64,000 nucleotides of DNA from Candidatus Nomurabacteria bacterium (lineage in GTDB: Bacteria > Patescibacteriota > Minisyncoccia > Phycocordibacterales > UBA9973), in contig JAHFNO010000005.1 of NCBI GenBank assembly GCA_023267275.1, positions 9,462 to 73,461 on the forward strand, written 5' to 3'. The notes under the pieces were generated by a model. It saw only the letters and a list, made by a program, of their open reading frames with translations, was not told the origin of the DNA and did not search any database. Shown in pieces: positions 1 to 7,864 of this stretch. Every line of letters starts with the position of its first letter. The stretch's first letter is position 1. Made by a program: the position numbers and the translations under genes.

Positions 1-258
1 TTTACAAACGCAATTGAAAAAATACTTATTGAAAAATTTAAAAATGAAACAATAAAGTATCTCGAGCGTTATCAAGCAAGTACAACTGCTAGTATTATAC
101 AAGAAAAATTAACAAGAATGCTTTCTTTTGGAATAAATGAAACAAATGCTCTACAATCAATTTCCGATCTGAAAGATAAATCTGGTAAATATATTAAAAA
201 TTTTTTAAAGAAAGCGGATTCTATTAAAAATATTGATATAATTAAGCGGGTAGAGTAA
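1..258 (+). CDS. 3' end of a Lys-rich hypothetical protein; gene starts upstream of the window
   Basis: Open frame from nt 1 to TAA at 256-258. Lys/Ile/Glu-rich translation typical of this genome's proteins. No recognisable domain. Confidence 0.4.
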   Translation, partial: FTNAIEKILIEKFKNETIKYLERYQASTTASIIQEKLTRMLSFGINETNALQSISDLKDKSGKYIKNFLKKADSIKNIDIIKRVE

Positions 259-559
259 CGCTGATTTCGTGTGAATGGAACTGACAAGGCTTGCCTACTT
301 TGTGTTCAATTGTTCTTGAGTTATTCTAGTTTAAATACTAGAGTGGTTTTACCTAAGTTTTAAACAGGACAGAATCACAATTTTAGAAATGATTTGTGCT
401 TAAGCGCTTGTAAAAATGGCACAGTATTTAGAATTAAAGTTAGTGAATAAGAATTTAAAGTAATATGCGGGTTCGATTCTTGGAGGGGTGCTCGATTTCG
501 AAAGGCCAAAAACCTTACAAAATATGAGACCTCCGCATCGACCTTGGTTGTGGTCACGA

Positions 560-700
560 ATCACTAAGTCTACTCGGGTTATTACACCCTGTGCGGACAA
601 AGTGTTCGCGACCCCACCTCGCCTGTCGCAGGGCGACATGGCTGTGGTCGGCACAAGTACAAAGAAAGACTGAAGCAGTTCAGTCTTTCTCGTCTTGTGC
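560..700. repeat. Structured element A plus nested hairpin, paralogous to element B at 845-980, next to tRNA-Arg
   Basis: About 75% identity to 845-935 with compensatory stem changes (cgggttattacaccc vs cggctgagtacagcc). Followed by the long nested palindrome ggcacaag...agactgaagcagttcagtct...cttgtgcc. Confidence 0.4.
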
Positions 701-769
701 CCTTGCTAGGAATCGAACCTAGAATAGCGGCTTAGAAGTCCGCAGTTATATCCATTTAACTACAAGGGC
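698..769 (-). tRNA. tRNA-Arg (anticodon TCT)
   Basis: Reverse complement folds as a cloverleaf: acceptor GCCCTTG/CAAGGGC, D-stem GTTA/TAAC, anticodon loop CTTCTAA (identical to E. coli argU), T-arm CTAGG-TTCGATT-CCTAG. CCA not encoded. One A:G mismatch at the base of the anticodon stem. Confidence 0.85.
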
Positions 770-844
770 AAAAAAATAAGGGGAACATGTGTAGCATACA
801 AAAATAGCTGGCGAAACGCCAGCTATTTTTGTATGGGCCACAAG

Positions 845-980
845 TCACTAAGTCTACTCGGCTGAGTACAGCCTGTGTGGACTAAGTGCTCTGCGACCCC
901 ACCTCGTGGTCGCAGAGCGACATCACTACGGTTCACAAAAACGAGGAAAACTGCATAAATGCAGTTTTCCTAAATTCACG
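845..980. repeat. Structured element B plus nested hairpin, paralog of A, next to tRNA-Val
   Basis: Shares cactaagtctactcgg...gcgaccccacctcg...gtcgcag.gcgacat with element A. Followed by cacaaaaacg-ggaaaactgcataaatgcagttttcc-cgtttttgtg; the T-run on the minus strand fits an intrinsic terminator for the minus-strand tRNA-Val. Confidence 0.4.
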
Positions 981-986
981 TTTTTG

Positions 987-1059
987 TGCGCGATGCAGGG
1001 CTCGAACCTGCGACCATCCGTGTGTAAAACGGGCGCTCTACCAACTGAGCTAATCGCGC
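987..1059 (-). tRNA. tRNA-Val (anticodon TAC)
   Basis: Reverse complement GCGCGATTAGCTCAGTTGGTAGAGCGCCCGTTTTACACACGGATGGTCGCAGGTTCGAGCCCTGCATCGCGCA. Acceptor GCGCGAT/ATCGCGC, D-arm GCTC..GAGC, anticodon loop TTTACAC, T-arm GCAGG-TTCGAGC-CCTGC. Confidence 0.85.
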
Positions 1060-1145
1060 GTTCATTATTTATACACTAATAGCCTTGCTATATCAAGTTA
1101 ATATTATACTGGTTAATATACCATATTATATGGTATATTCTACTT

Positions 1146-1817
1146 ATGAATTTGGCTGGAAAAGAAAAAGCAAGAATCTTGCGTAAACAGGGAAAGTCCA
1201 TTAATCAAATTGTCGCCGAGTCAGGGCTTTCAAAAGCAAGTGTAAGTGTTTGGGTTCGTGATATTGTTCTCACAAAATCACAAAAAAATAAAATTACTGA
1301 ACGAGGAAGGAGTATGGAATCCATTGAAAAAAGACGCTTAAGTCGTCTTGCAAACGAATATAAAAAAACTAGATCGGTGATGGATAGTGCGAAGAAAGAC
1401 ATTTCAAGCATTTCATTGCACGAGCTTAAAATTATCGGATCAATGCTGTACCTTGGTGAAGGAGGAAAAACAAGAAAAGGCATGGTTCGTTTGGCAAATA
1501 GCGACCCACTCATTATTCAAATGACAATGCGATTTTTTCGAGAAGTTTGTCTTGTCCCTGAAAATAAATTTTATGGACATATTCATACCTTTGATAATGC
1601 TGATGTTGAAAAAACTGAAAAGTATTGGTCAAAGATAACAAAAATTCCTCGAAAGCAATTTTATAAAACGTATGTAAAGCAAAGTACTGCGAGCTTGCAT
1701 AAGCGTAAAACATTGCCATACGGAACTTGCGAGATAGGTGTTTGTGACACAAAACTTTTCCTTACGATTATGGGCTGGATTGAAAAAATAAAAGAGTTAA
1801 CAACAAATGTTCAATAA
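1146..1817 (+). CDS. HTH DNA-binding protein, possibly homing-endonuclease-like (weak LAGLIDADG-like segment)
   Basis: N-terminal resolvase/Hin-type HTH (GKSINQIVAESGLSKASVSVWVRD). Internal IIGSMLYLGEGGK loosely resembles a LAGLIDADG motif. Lies beside the tRNA cluster; likely -10 tatggtatat upstream. Confidence 0.5.
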   Translation: MNLAGKEKARILRKQGKSINQIVAESGLSKASVSVWVRDIVLTKSQKNKITERGRSMESIEKRRLSRLANEYKKTRSVMDSAKKDISSISLHELKIIGSMLYLGEGGKTRKGMVRLANSDPLIIQMTMRFFREVCLVPENKFYGHIHTFDNADVEKTEKYWSKITKIPRKQFYKTYVKQSTASLHKRKTLPYGTCEIGVCDTKLFLTIMGWIEKIKELTTNVQ

Positions 1818-2082
1818 TGCAAAAGACCGCCAATGGCGGTCTTTTGCATTCATTAACTTTTTGCTTCTTCCTTGCGAGCATTCATTTCTTCATTATATTC
1901 TTCTTCGCTCATACTTGCATATGTGCCATCTGGCATTTTTTGCAATGAACGAGGGTTACCTTTTGCATCAACAAGCTCGTTGCTTCCTCCTTGTGGTGTT
2001 ATCGGGGAACGGTTCGGGTTAGTTTCCATGGTCTATTGACAAATTAGATAATAATTGCTATTATACACGCAAATAGACCTAT

Positions 2083-2583
2083 ATGTCAATAGACGAAAAT
2101 GTTATTGTTTTGCAAGGAGATTTTAACGCTCCTATGGTTAAGTTCTTTAAAGAAGCACTGCGAAGGCAACCCAAAAATGAGAGTATTGTATGCAGAATCG
2201 ATTCTCTTGGTGGTAATGGTCATTCGATGAATTTCATGAGTGGTCACATGGCAGTTATGACAAAATATCATAAAAGCCGTTTTATATCACAAATTGTTGT
2301 AGCCGAATCAGCAGCACTGATTTTTGCAGTCAATATGCATGAACGACATGTTACAAAATCAAGTGTTGGCTCCATACATTTGCCTGTGAGAAACATGAAT
2401 GTGATTGTAGGCGCACACGAGCCTAACCTCGAGATAAAAAACAAAAGTGTGATTGATCATTTTGTATCAAGAACGAAGCTTACCGCGAAGGAAGTAATTT
2501 CCCTTGAGGGAAAGTTTTTGTCTGCTGAAGAAATGCTTTATTATGGAATTGCAACTAAATTAGTTGAAAGTTTCCAAATCTAA
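2083..2583 (+). CDS. ClpP-like (S14 family) serine peptidase homolog, short and divergent
   Basis: IDSLGGN (ClpP INSPGG-like), Ser in VAESAALIF, His in SIHLPV, C-terminal LSAEEMLYYGIATKLVE like the ClpP tail. Only 166 aa. Confidence 0.55.
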   Translation: MSIDENVIVLQGDFNAPMVKFFKEALRRQPKNESIVCRIDSLGGNGHSMNFMSGHMAVMTKYHKSRFISQIVVAESAALIFAVNMHERHVTKSSVGSIHLPVRNMNVIVGAHEPNLEIKNKSVIDHFVSRTKLTAKEVISLEGKFLSAEEMLYYGIATKLVESFQI

Positions 2584-2655
2584 TTAACTCACCGTTTGCG
2601 CTATAAGCGTACGCGGTGTTTATTTTTTTATACACAATACGCTATACTCACCATA

Positions 2656-3495
2656 ATGATTAATATTCCCATTCTCTACGAAGACGACAATTGTCTTTTT
2701 ATAAATAAGCCGGCGGGGCTTTCTGTGCATGCAGATGGAAAGTCGGATCAATATACTCTTGCCGACTGGATTTTGGAAAAATACCCAACGCTTCTTGCGG
2801 TGGGTGAGCCAATTAAAATGCAGGTACGTGGAGAAGAAATCAGTATTCCAAAACCAGGCATTGTGCATCGTCTCGACAAAGATACTTCCGGCGTCATGCT
2901 TCTTGCAAAAACACATGAGGCGTACGAATTTTTTAAAAAACAATTTCAAGCTCACGAGATTGCAAAAATATACCACTGTTTCGTGTATGGATGGATCAAG
3001 GAAGACCAACAAACAATAGATAGTCCAATCGGACGCGATGCGGGAAATATTCGTCGTTGGGTCGTGGGCAATCTCGCGCGCGGAATGATGCGTGATGCAG
3101 TGACGCACATTCAGGTGCTCAAACGGTTTGGCGCTCCGATGCAGGGGAGCAAGCGAGTTGTTGTAGCCGAGGCTCCTATCGGCGGGAGTACTGAAAAAGG
3201 TACATATTCTTTTGTAGAAGCTCGTCCTCGAACTGGTCGTACACACCAGATTCGTGTGCATTTGCGTTCGATAAACCACCCAATCGTAAGTGACTCACTC
3301 TATGCTCAAAAGCGCGAACCAGCCCTCGGATTTACTCGCCAAGCGCTCCATGCGCGAGAGCTTCGCCTCGCATTACCAAACGGCGAAACAAAGACAGTCG
3401 TTGCTCCATACCCTGAAGATTTCAAAAGAGCACTAGAACAAGAGAACATTGGATCACTAGAACATAAAAACAATAAACAAGAAAACAAAGGATAA
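2656..3495 (+). CDS. RluA-family pseudouridine synthase
   Basis: HRLDKDTSGVMLLAKT catalytic motif; family-typical PAGL.VH and ARP.TGRTHQIRVH segments. Internal Met at MINIPILYEDD taken as start; the listed ORF begins at 2596. Confidence 0.85.
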   Translation: MINIPILYEDDNCLFINKPAGLSVHADGKSDQYTLADWILEKYPTLLAVGEPIKMQVRGEEISIPKPGIVHRLDKDTSGVMLLAKTHEAYEFFKKQFQAHEIAKIYHCFVYGWIKEDQQTIDSPIGRDAGNIRRWVVGNLARGMMRDAVTHIQVLKRFGAPMQGSKRVVVAEAPIGGSTEKGTYSFVEARPRTGRTHQIRVHLRSINHPIVSDSLYAQKREPALGFTRQALHARELRLALPNGETKTVVAPYPEDFKRALEQENIGSLEHKNNKQENKG

Positions 3496-3649
3496 AAGCA
3501 TGATCGTATGTCTTTGTTTTTGGACTTATTGTTATGGTGATTTTTGTTCTTGTGTTTTTATGTCTTCTATGGTAATGTACCTCAGTATTTATGGAATTGC
3601 GGATTCGAGCTTTCTATAACCTATAACCTAACCCCTAGAACCTATTTAT

Positions 3650-4057
3650 ATGGCATTAACCCTTACACCAGTAAAAAAAGAAGATCGCGCAGCAATTGAT
3701 TTCGCATCAGGCGATACTGTGCGCGTCTGGGTGAAGATTCCTGAAAAAGGAAAGTTTCGCCTCCAGGCATTTGAAGGTCTCGTTCTCGCTCGCAAACACG
3801 GTGCTGAAATCGGTGCAACATTTACTGTCCGCAAGATTGCCAGTGGTGTGGGAGTAGAACGTATTTTCCCATTGTTTTCACCAATGATTGATTCTATTGA
3901 AGTCATCAAAAAATCAGGAGCACGCCGAAGCAAGCTCTATTACGTTCGCGAAAAAGCAGTTCGTGATATCCGTAAGAAAATGAAAAGTGTTCGCGTGATT
4001 GCAGATGCAACTCCAGACGAAGTAGAAGAAGTCGCAGAAGAAAAAGTAGAAGCATAA
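3650..4057 (+). CDS. rplS: 50S ribosomal protein L19
   Basis: [10 protein letters not shown]...RLQAFEGLV...[27 protein letters not shown]...RRSKLYYVR matches L19 throughout. Confidence 0.9.
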   Translation: MALTLTPVKKEDRAAIDFASGDTVRVWVKIPEKGKFRLQAFEGLVLARKHGAEIGATFTVRKIASGVGVERIFPLFSPMIDSIEVIKKSGARRSKLYYVREKAVRDIRKKMKSVRVIADATPDEVEEVAEEKVEA

Positions 4058-4143
4058 TACAAAACAAAATCCCTCGCTCGAGGGATTTTGTTTTGAGAAT
4101 AATTGGTAGACGCTATACCCTAGAGGTATGGTATAATCTACAC

Positions 4144-4818
4144 ATGGGGAAGAGAGGACCAAAGCCAAAACGAATTATAAGCGAGAAATGGAATGCCAAT
4201 TTGGCGTATGCAATTGGTTTAATTGCCACAGATGGTTGCTTGTCAAAGGATAATCTCTTGATTGATTTAACCTCCAAAGATAGAGAGCAGTTATTAAATT
4301 TTTCCCAATGCCTTGGAATAAAATTTACGATAGGCAGTAAGTTGAATGGTCATGGAGGTAAAAATTTAAGAATTCAATTTAAAAACAGAATTTTTTACGA
4401 TTTTCTTTTGTCTATTGGTTTAACTCCAAAAAAATCACTAACTATGGGCAAATTGGCAATACCAAAAAAATACTTTTTTGATTTTTTGAGAGGATGTTTT
4501 GATGGGGATGGTAGTTTCTACTCATATTGGGATCCACGTTGGCGTTCCAGTCACATGTTTTACATAGAGTTTGTCTCTGCGAGTTTAGATCATTTGTTGT
4601 GGCTTCAAGAAGAAATACAAAAAGAAGTTGAAGTTAAGGGGCATATCACTGGGAGAAAAAAGAAAGCATTTTTTCAGTTAAAATACGCAAAGAAAGAAGC
4701 ACTGGCAATTATTAAAAAAATGTACTATAATCGTCGAGTCATTTGCCTTTCTCGAAAGAAGATAAAAATTGAGAAAGCGCTTGTGGTAGAGAAGAAGCAA
4801 CAGAAAAAGTATATATAG
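4144..4818 (+). CDS. LAGLIDADG homing endonuclease, two motifs
   Basis: LAYAIGLIATDGCLS and FLRGCFDGDGSF are canonical LAGLIDADG motifs 1 and 2. A tatggtataat -10 precedes the ATG at 4144. Sits directly upstream of tRNA-Leu. Confidence 0.85.
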   Translation: MGKRGPKPKRIISEKWNANLAYAIGLIATDGCLSKDNLLIDLTSKDREQLLNFSQCLGIKFTIGSKLNGHGGKNLRIQFKNRIFYDFLLSIGLTPKKSLTMGKLAIPKKYFFDFLRGCFDGDGSFYSYWDPRWRSSHMFYIEFVSASLDHLLWLQEEIQKEVEVKGHITGRKKKAFFQLKYAKKEALAIIKKMYYNRRVICLSRKKIKIEKALVVEKKQQKKYI

Positions 4819-4900
4819 GCGCGAGTGGCGTAATTGGTAAACGCGCCATCTTGAGGTGGTGGTGCCGCAAGGCGTGGAGGTTCAAGTCCTCTCTCGCGCA
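4819..4900 (+). tRNA. tRNA-Leu (anticodon GAG), class II with long variable arm
   Basis: GCGCGAG/CTCGCGC acceptor, D-stem GCGT/ACGC, anticodon arm CCATC-TTGAGGT-GGTGG, variable arm TGCCGCAAGGCGT, T-arm GGAGG-TTCAAGT-CCTCT. CCA not encoded. Confidence 0.9.
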
Positions 4901-4912
4901 CAAAAAACAAAT

Positions 4913-4946
4913 GAGGCGAACCCATGTGGTTCGCCGATTTTGTTTT
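4913..4946 (+). terminator. Intrinsic terminator after tRNA-Leu
   Basis: aggcgaacc-catgtgg-ttcgcc followed by gattttgtttt. Confidence 0.6.
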
Positions 4947-5184
4947 GTAGTGAGGGAGAGGGCTTGAAAGTCGCAGGTGCGAAGCCGGTCTGAAAGACCG
5001 TTACCGAGGCGGGGTCGAGAAATTTTGATTGTAATCAAGCAGAATATTCGTGATCAAGTTCTCTCTCACAGACAGAAAAAGACCCTTACATTGTAAAGGT
5101 ATTTTTCTATATAACTTTTAGGTTTGAATCTGTTGTGTTTCTTGCAGACTCATTCTTATGAGTATTTTTGCCTAGACAACAAGA

Positions 5185-6051
5185 TTGTGCATACTGTATA
5201 CTTTTTTCATGAGCCTAGAATGGTCTAAAAGTCCCGCCCGAAATGAGGCCGTTGATATCCAAAAGCAAGCCAAGAAAACCAGAGAAGAAATTTATTACGA
5301 CAATGAGCAAGTCCGGAGCGAATCTTTTATTGAAAATCACGATGATAGTGATAATTTTGAATGGCAGAAGGATGGAGATATCTCAAGGGATCAAACGGAG
5401 CGTTTTGTAACAAATGCTGAAAACATAACAGAAAAATCAATTATTGAAAAAGCCCTCCAAGCCTTGATCAAACAGAAAGAGGAACGTCAACGCATTATAG
5501 AAAAATACCCAGAAGCGTATAAGGAATTTCCTCATTATCATACTATTTCTTCGGAAATCTCAAGATTAAGTAATGCGATTAACGCTTTACAAAGAGAAAG
5601 AAGCGAGGTTACAGCTATCGAGAAAGTGCTTAATGGTAAAGAATCATGGTGGGTTGATGACTCAACAGAAAAATATGTTAAAGAAAAATTTCATGAAAAT
5701 GAGCTTTGGCAAGTCGCATTAAAGAAGGCTCGTAGTAGAGACGAGTGGATCGAGCGTATTTCCTCTGGTCGTATTAGTGGAGTATTTGAGAAAATTCTAA
5801 TGAAGGTCGTAGCAAAACAAATCTTGAAACCAAGATACGATGAGTTAGTTGAAAAAATGGAAGATTACAATGAGAAAATAATTACTTTAGAAGAAGAAAA
5901 GAAAAAATATTTAGTACGAATGAAAGCCCTAGAAGACTTTCTGTATAGTTCGGAATGGGGTGAGTTCTCTAAATTGGAGGATCTTGAGAAAGAAATAAAC
6001 AAGAATATAAGAATTGTTAAAACAATTTCCCAGCGCCATACCTTTAATTAA
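5185..6051 (+). CDS. Hypothetical coiled-coil protein, upstream partner of the PARP-like gene
   Basis: Charged, heptad-rich sequence with no recognisable domain. 23-bp gap to the next gene on the same strand. Start may be the internal Met at MSLEWSK. Confidence 0.55.
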   Translation: MCILYTFFMSLEWSKSPARNEAVDIQKQAKKTREEIYYDNEQVRSESFIENHDDSDNFEWQKDGDISRDQTERFVTNAENITEKSIIEKALQALIKQKEERQRIIEKYPEAYKEFPHYHTISSEISRLSNAINALQRERSEVTAIEKVLNGKESWWVDDSTEKYVKEKFHENELWQVALKKARSRDEWIERISSGRISGVFEKILMKVVAKQILKPRYDELVEKMEDYNEKIITLEEEKKKYLVRMKALEDFLYSSEWGEFSKLEDLEKEINKNIRIVKTISQRHTFN

Positions 6052-6074
6052 TAGATAAGTATTATACTGACTTT

Positions 6075-6665
6075 ATGAGTACTGAGGGATTCCCAACATT
6101 TTCTGCGATGCCATCCTCTTCCGAGGAAGAGTCCAATTTTCTTGAAAAGAATATGGCAAGTTTGCAAAAGATTTTTGATATCAATCCTGAGCTTGCTGAA
6201 ATTGGTTCCTTGGATCAATATGCTGCCTATGTCGAGAAAATTTTTCCGAATAGTTTAGTAAAAAATATTGTTTGGCATGGAAGCAAGAAACATTTCAATG
6301 AATTCAAAAGAAAGATATTTAATTTTTTTGGATTAAAACTAAGTCATGGTTTATATTTTGGTGAAAAATATGAACACTCAGAAGTTTTTGCTGGAGAGAA
6401 AGGGAAACTTTTCCCTGCAAAAATTAGTATCGAAAGACCCAATAAGCCAATTATGAAAGTTACAGGTATACCTTTCAATACAAATAAAGGAAATGGTTAT
6501 ATTGGTAAAGATTTTATTGATCGAAATGTAGGGCTTGTTGATGAATATGTGGTATTTGACCCATATCAAATACATATACTTGGCGATAGTAAAGATGCTA
6601 GGGCCTTTAAAGAGTGGACTCTCGGTAATAAAGAGAAATCGTCCTTATTTGAATCCCCTCAGTGA
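6075..6665 (+). CDS. Minimal PARP-like (H-Y-E class) ADP-ribosyltransferase catalytic domain
   Basis: IVWHGSKKHF (PARP1 LLWHGSR), SHGLYFGE (PARP1 GKGIYFAD), VDEYVVFDPYQI (PARP1 YNEYIVYDIAQV, catalytic Glu). Confidence 0.6.
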   Translation: MSTEGFPTFSAMPSSSEEESNFLEKNMASLQKIFDINPELAEIGSLDQYAAYVEKIFPNSLVKNIVWHGSKKHFNEFKRKIFNFFGLKLSHGLYFGEKYEHSEVFAGEKGKLFPAKISIERPNKPIMKVTGIPFNTNKGNGYIGKDFIDRNVGLVDEYVVFDPYQIHILGDSKDARAFKEWTLGNKEKSSLFESPQ

Positions 6666-6717
6666 TTACTGAAAGATTTTTTTCTCTATTCCCATCCAAA
6701 AATACGCAAGGTATACT

Positions 6718-7158
6718 ATGTGTATGAAAAGAACAATCATAACAATTATTGTGCTCGCGGTTACTGTGTTTGTGATGTATCGTGTTTTTTTAAATACTAA
6801 AAATAATGCAACGCCAATTGCGCCGGTTGTTCCTGTATCGCAAACCGAGCAAGCAACAACAGTTCCCGCACAAACTCCTTCGGTAAAAACAGTACAGATT
6901 GAAATAAAAAATTTTGCATTTGCTCCAAAGTCACAAACTATTCAAGTTGGCACTACGGTAACGTGGGTCAATCGCGATAGCGCTCCGCATACGATCGTGT
7001 CTGACACTGGCAACGTTTTGCATTCACCAATGATTGCAAGCGGGGAAACATTTAGTCATACATTTACCGCTACCGACCTTGCAAGCAGTTCAACCACTCT
7101 CAACTATCACTGCAGTATTCATCCAATGATGAAAGGAACTTTGAATTTGATTCAGTAG
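6718..7158 (+). CDS. Membrane-anchored cupredoxin (plastocyanin/amicyanin-like blue copper protein)
   Basis: N-terminal TM helix; type-1 Cu ligands present: His in SAPHT and C-x2-H-x2-M in [11 protein letters not shown]. Confidence 0.75.
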   Translation: MCMKRTIITIIVLAVTVFVMYRVFLNTKNNATPIAPVVPVSQTEQATTVPAQTPSVKTVQIEIKNFAFAPKSQTIQVGTTVTWVNRDSAPHTIVSDTGNVLHSPMIASGETFSHTFTATDLASSSTTLNYHCSIHPMMKGTLNLIQ

Positions 7159-7168
7159 TAATTACACT

Positions 7169-7525
7169 ATGAACGAACTCACTCCAGAAGAAAAGCGAGT
7201 CATTATCGACAAGGGAACAGAAGCTCCGTTTACCGGAGAGTATGTAAACAACAAGGCAACAGGCGTATATGTGTGTCGCCAGTGTGGTGCGCCGTTGTAT
7301 AATTCAAAAGACAAATTTGAATCCAATTGTGGCTGGCCAAGTTTTGATGATGAAATTCCTGGAGCGATTCATAAAAGTCTCGATGCAGATGGTATGCGAA
7401 CAGAAATTACTTGCGCAAAATGCGGAGCACACCTCGGTCATGTATTTGTTGGTGAACATTTTACCGATAAAAATATTCGTCACTGTGTGAATTCTATTTC
7501 AATGCGGTTTGTTCCAGGAAAATAA
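7169..7525 (+). CDS. msrB: Peptide-methionine (R)-S-oxide reductase MsrB
   Basis: [43 protein letters not shown]: full MsrB/SelR signature including the Zn-binding CxxC pairs. Confidence 0.9.
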   Translation: MNELTPEEKRVIIDKGTEAPFTGEYVNNKATGVYVCRQCGAPLYNSKDKFESNCGWPSFDDEIPGAIHKSLDADGMRTEITCAKCGAHLGHVFVGEHFTDKNIRHCVNSISMRFVPGK

Positions 7526-7537
7526 GTATTTTGACAA

Positions 7538-7559
7538 GTATACCCCCGAGGGGGTATAC
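7538..7559. promoter_or_regulatory. CsoR-type operator palindrome overlapping a sigma70-like promoter
   Basis: Perfect palindrome GTATACCCCC-GA-GGGGGTATAC, matching the GC-rich TACCC..GGGTA CsoR operator architecture. Sits between TTGACA (7531-7536) and a TATACT -10, just upstream of csoR. Confidence 0.6.
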
Positions 7560-7567
7560 TTTTTTAT

Positions 7568-7831
7568 ATGCATACCGACAAAACAAAACTCATTCGTCGA
7601 CTCAAGATCATTGAAGGGCAAGTGCGTGGACTCCAAGAGCTCATCGAAAAAGATACCTATTGTATTGATGTTATTACGCAAACCTCGGCAATCAAGCAAG
7701 GACTTTCAAACGTTGAAGATCTATTGCTCGAAGGACACCTTGGACATTGTTTGGTAAATCAAATCAAAAAAGGGCAGACGGAGAAGGCTACAAAAGAAAT
7801 TTTAAAAGTCTATGGTCTAAAAAGGAAGTAG
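7568..7831 (+). CDS. csoR: CsoR/RcnR-family copper-sensing repressor
   Basis: RLKIIEGQVRGLQELIEKDTYCIDVITQ...LLLEGHLGHC carries the conserved Cys/His/Cys metal ligands of CsoR. Upstream of copA. Confidence 0.85.
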   Translation: MHTDKTKLIRRLKIIEGQVRGLQELIEKDTYCIDVITQTSAIKQGLSNVEDLLLEGHLGHCLVNQIKKGQTEKATKEILKVYGLKRK

Positions 7832-7864
7832 AAAGCTCAAAGCCTAAAGCTGAAAGTAAAATTT

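Noticed and set aside
461-560. Possible tmRNA or tRNA on the plus strand (GCGGGTTCGATTC T-loop-like motif followed by GGGGTGCTCGATTTCGAAAGG resembling a tmRNA 5' end)
   Set aside because: No complementary T-stem (CCCGC) follows the loop, no acceptor/CCA pairing partner could be found on either strand, and no tag-peptide reading frame is evident. Kept only as a tRNA-like relic within finding 10.
375-673. Small ORFs (60-84 aa) on both strands in the tRNA region
   Set aside because: They run through tRNA-like and hairpin elements, have no start context, and the region is better explained as non-coding RNA or repeat sequence.
2620-3279. 219-aa minus-strand ORF
   Set aside because: Fully antisense to the RluA-family pseudouridine synthase, which has clear catalytic motifs. 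No features of its own.
4739-5038. 99-aa minus-strand ORF overlapping tRNA-Leu and its terminator
   Set aside because: Reads antisense through a tRNA gene and two terminator hairpins. Not credible as coding.
4950-5110. SRP RNA (4.5S) candidate because of GGTCTGAAAGACC tetraloop hairpin
   Set aside because: Lacks the conserved AGCAGC / GGUGCUG domain IV asymmetric loop sequences. Reported only as an unclassified structured element.
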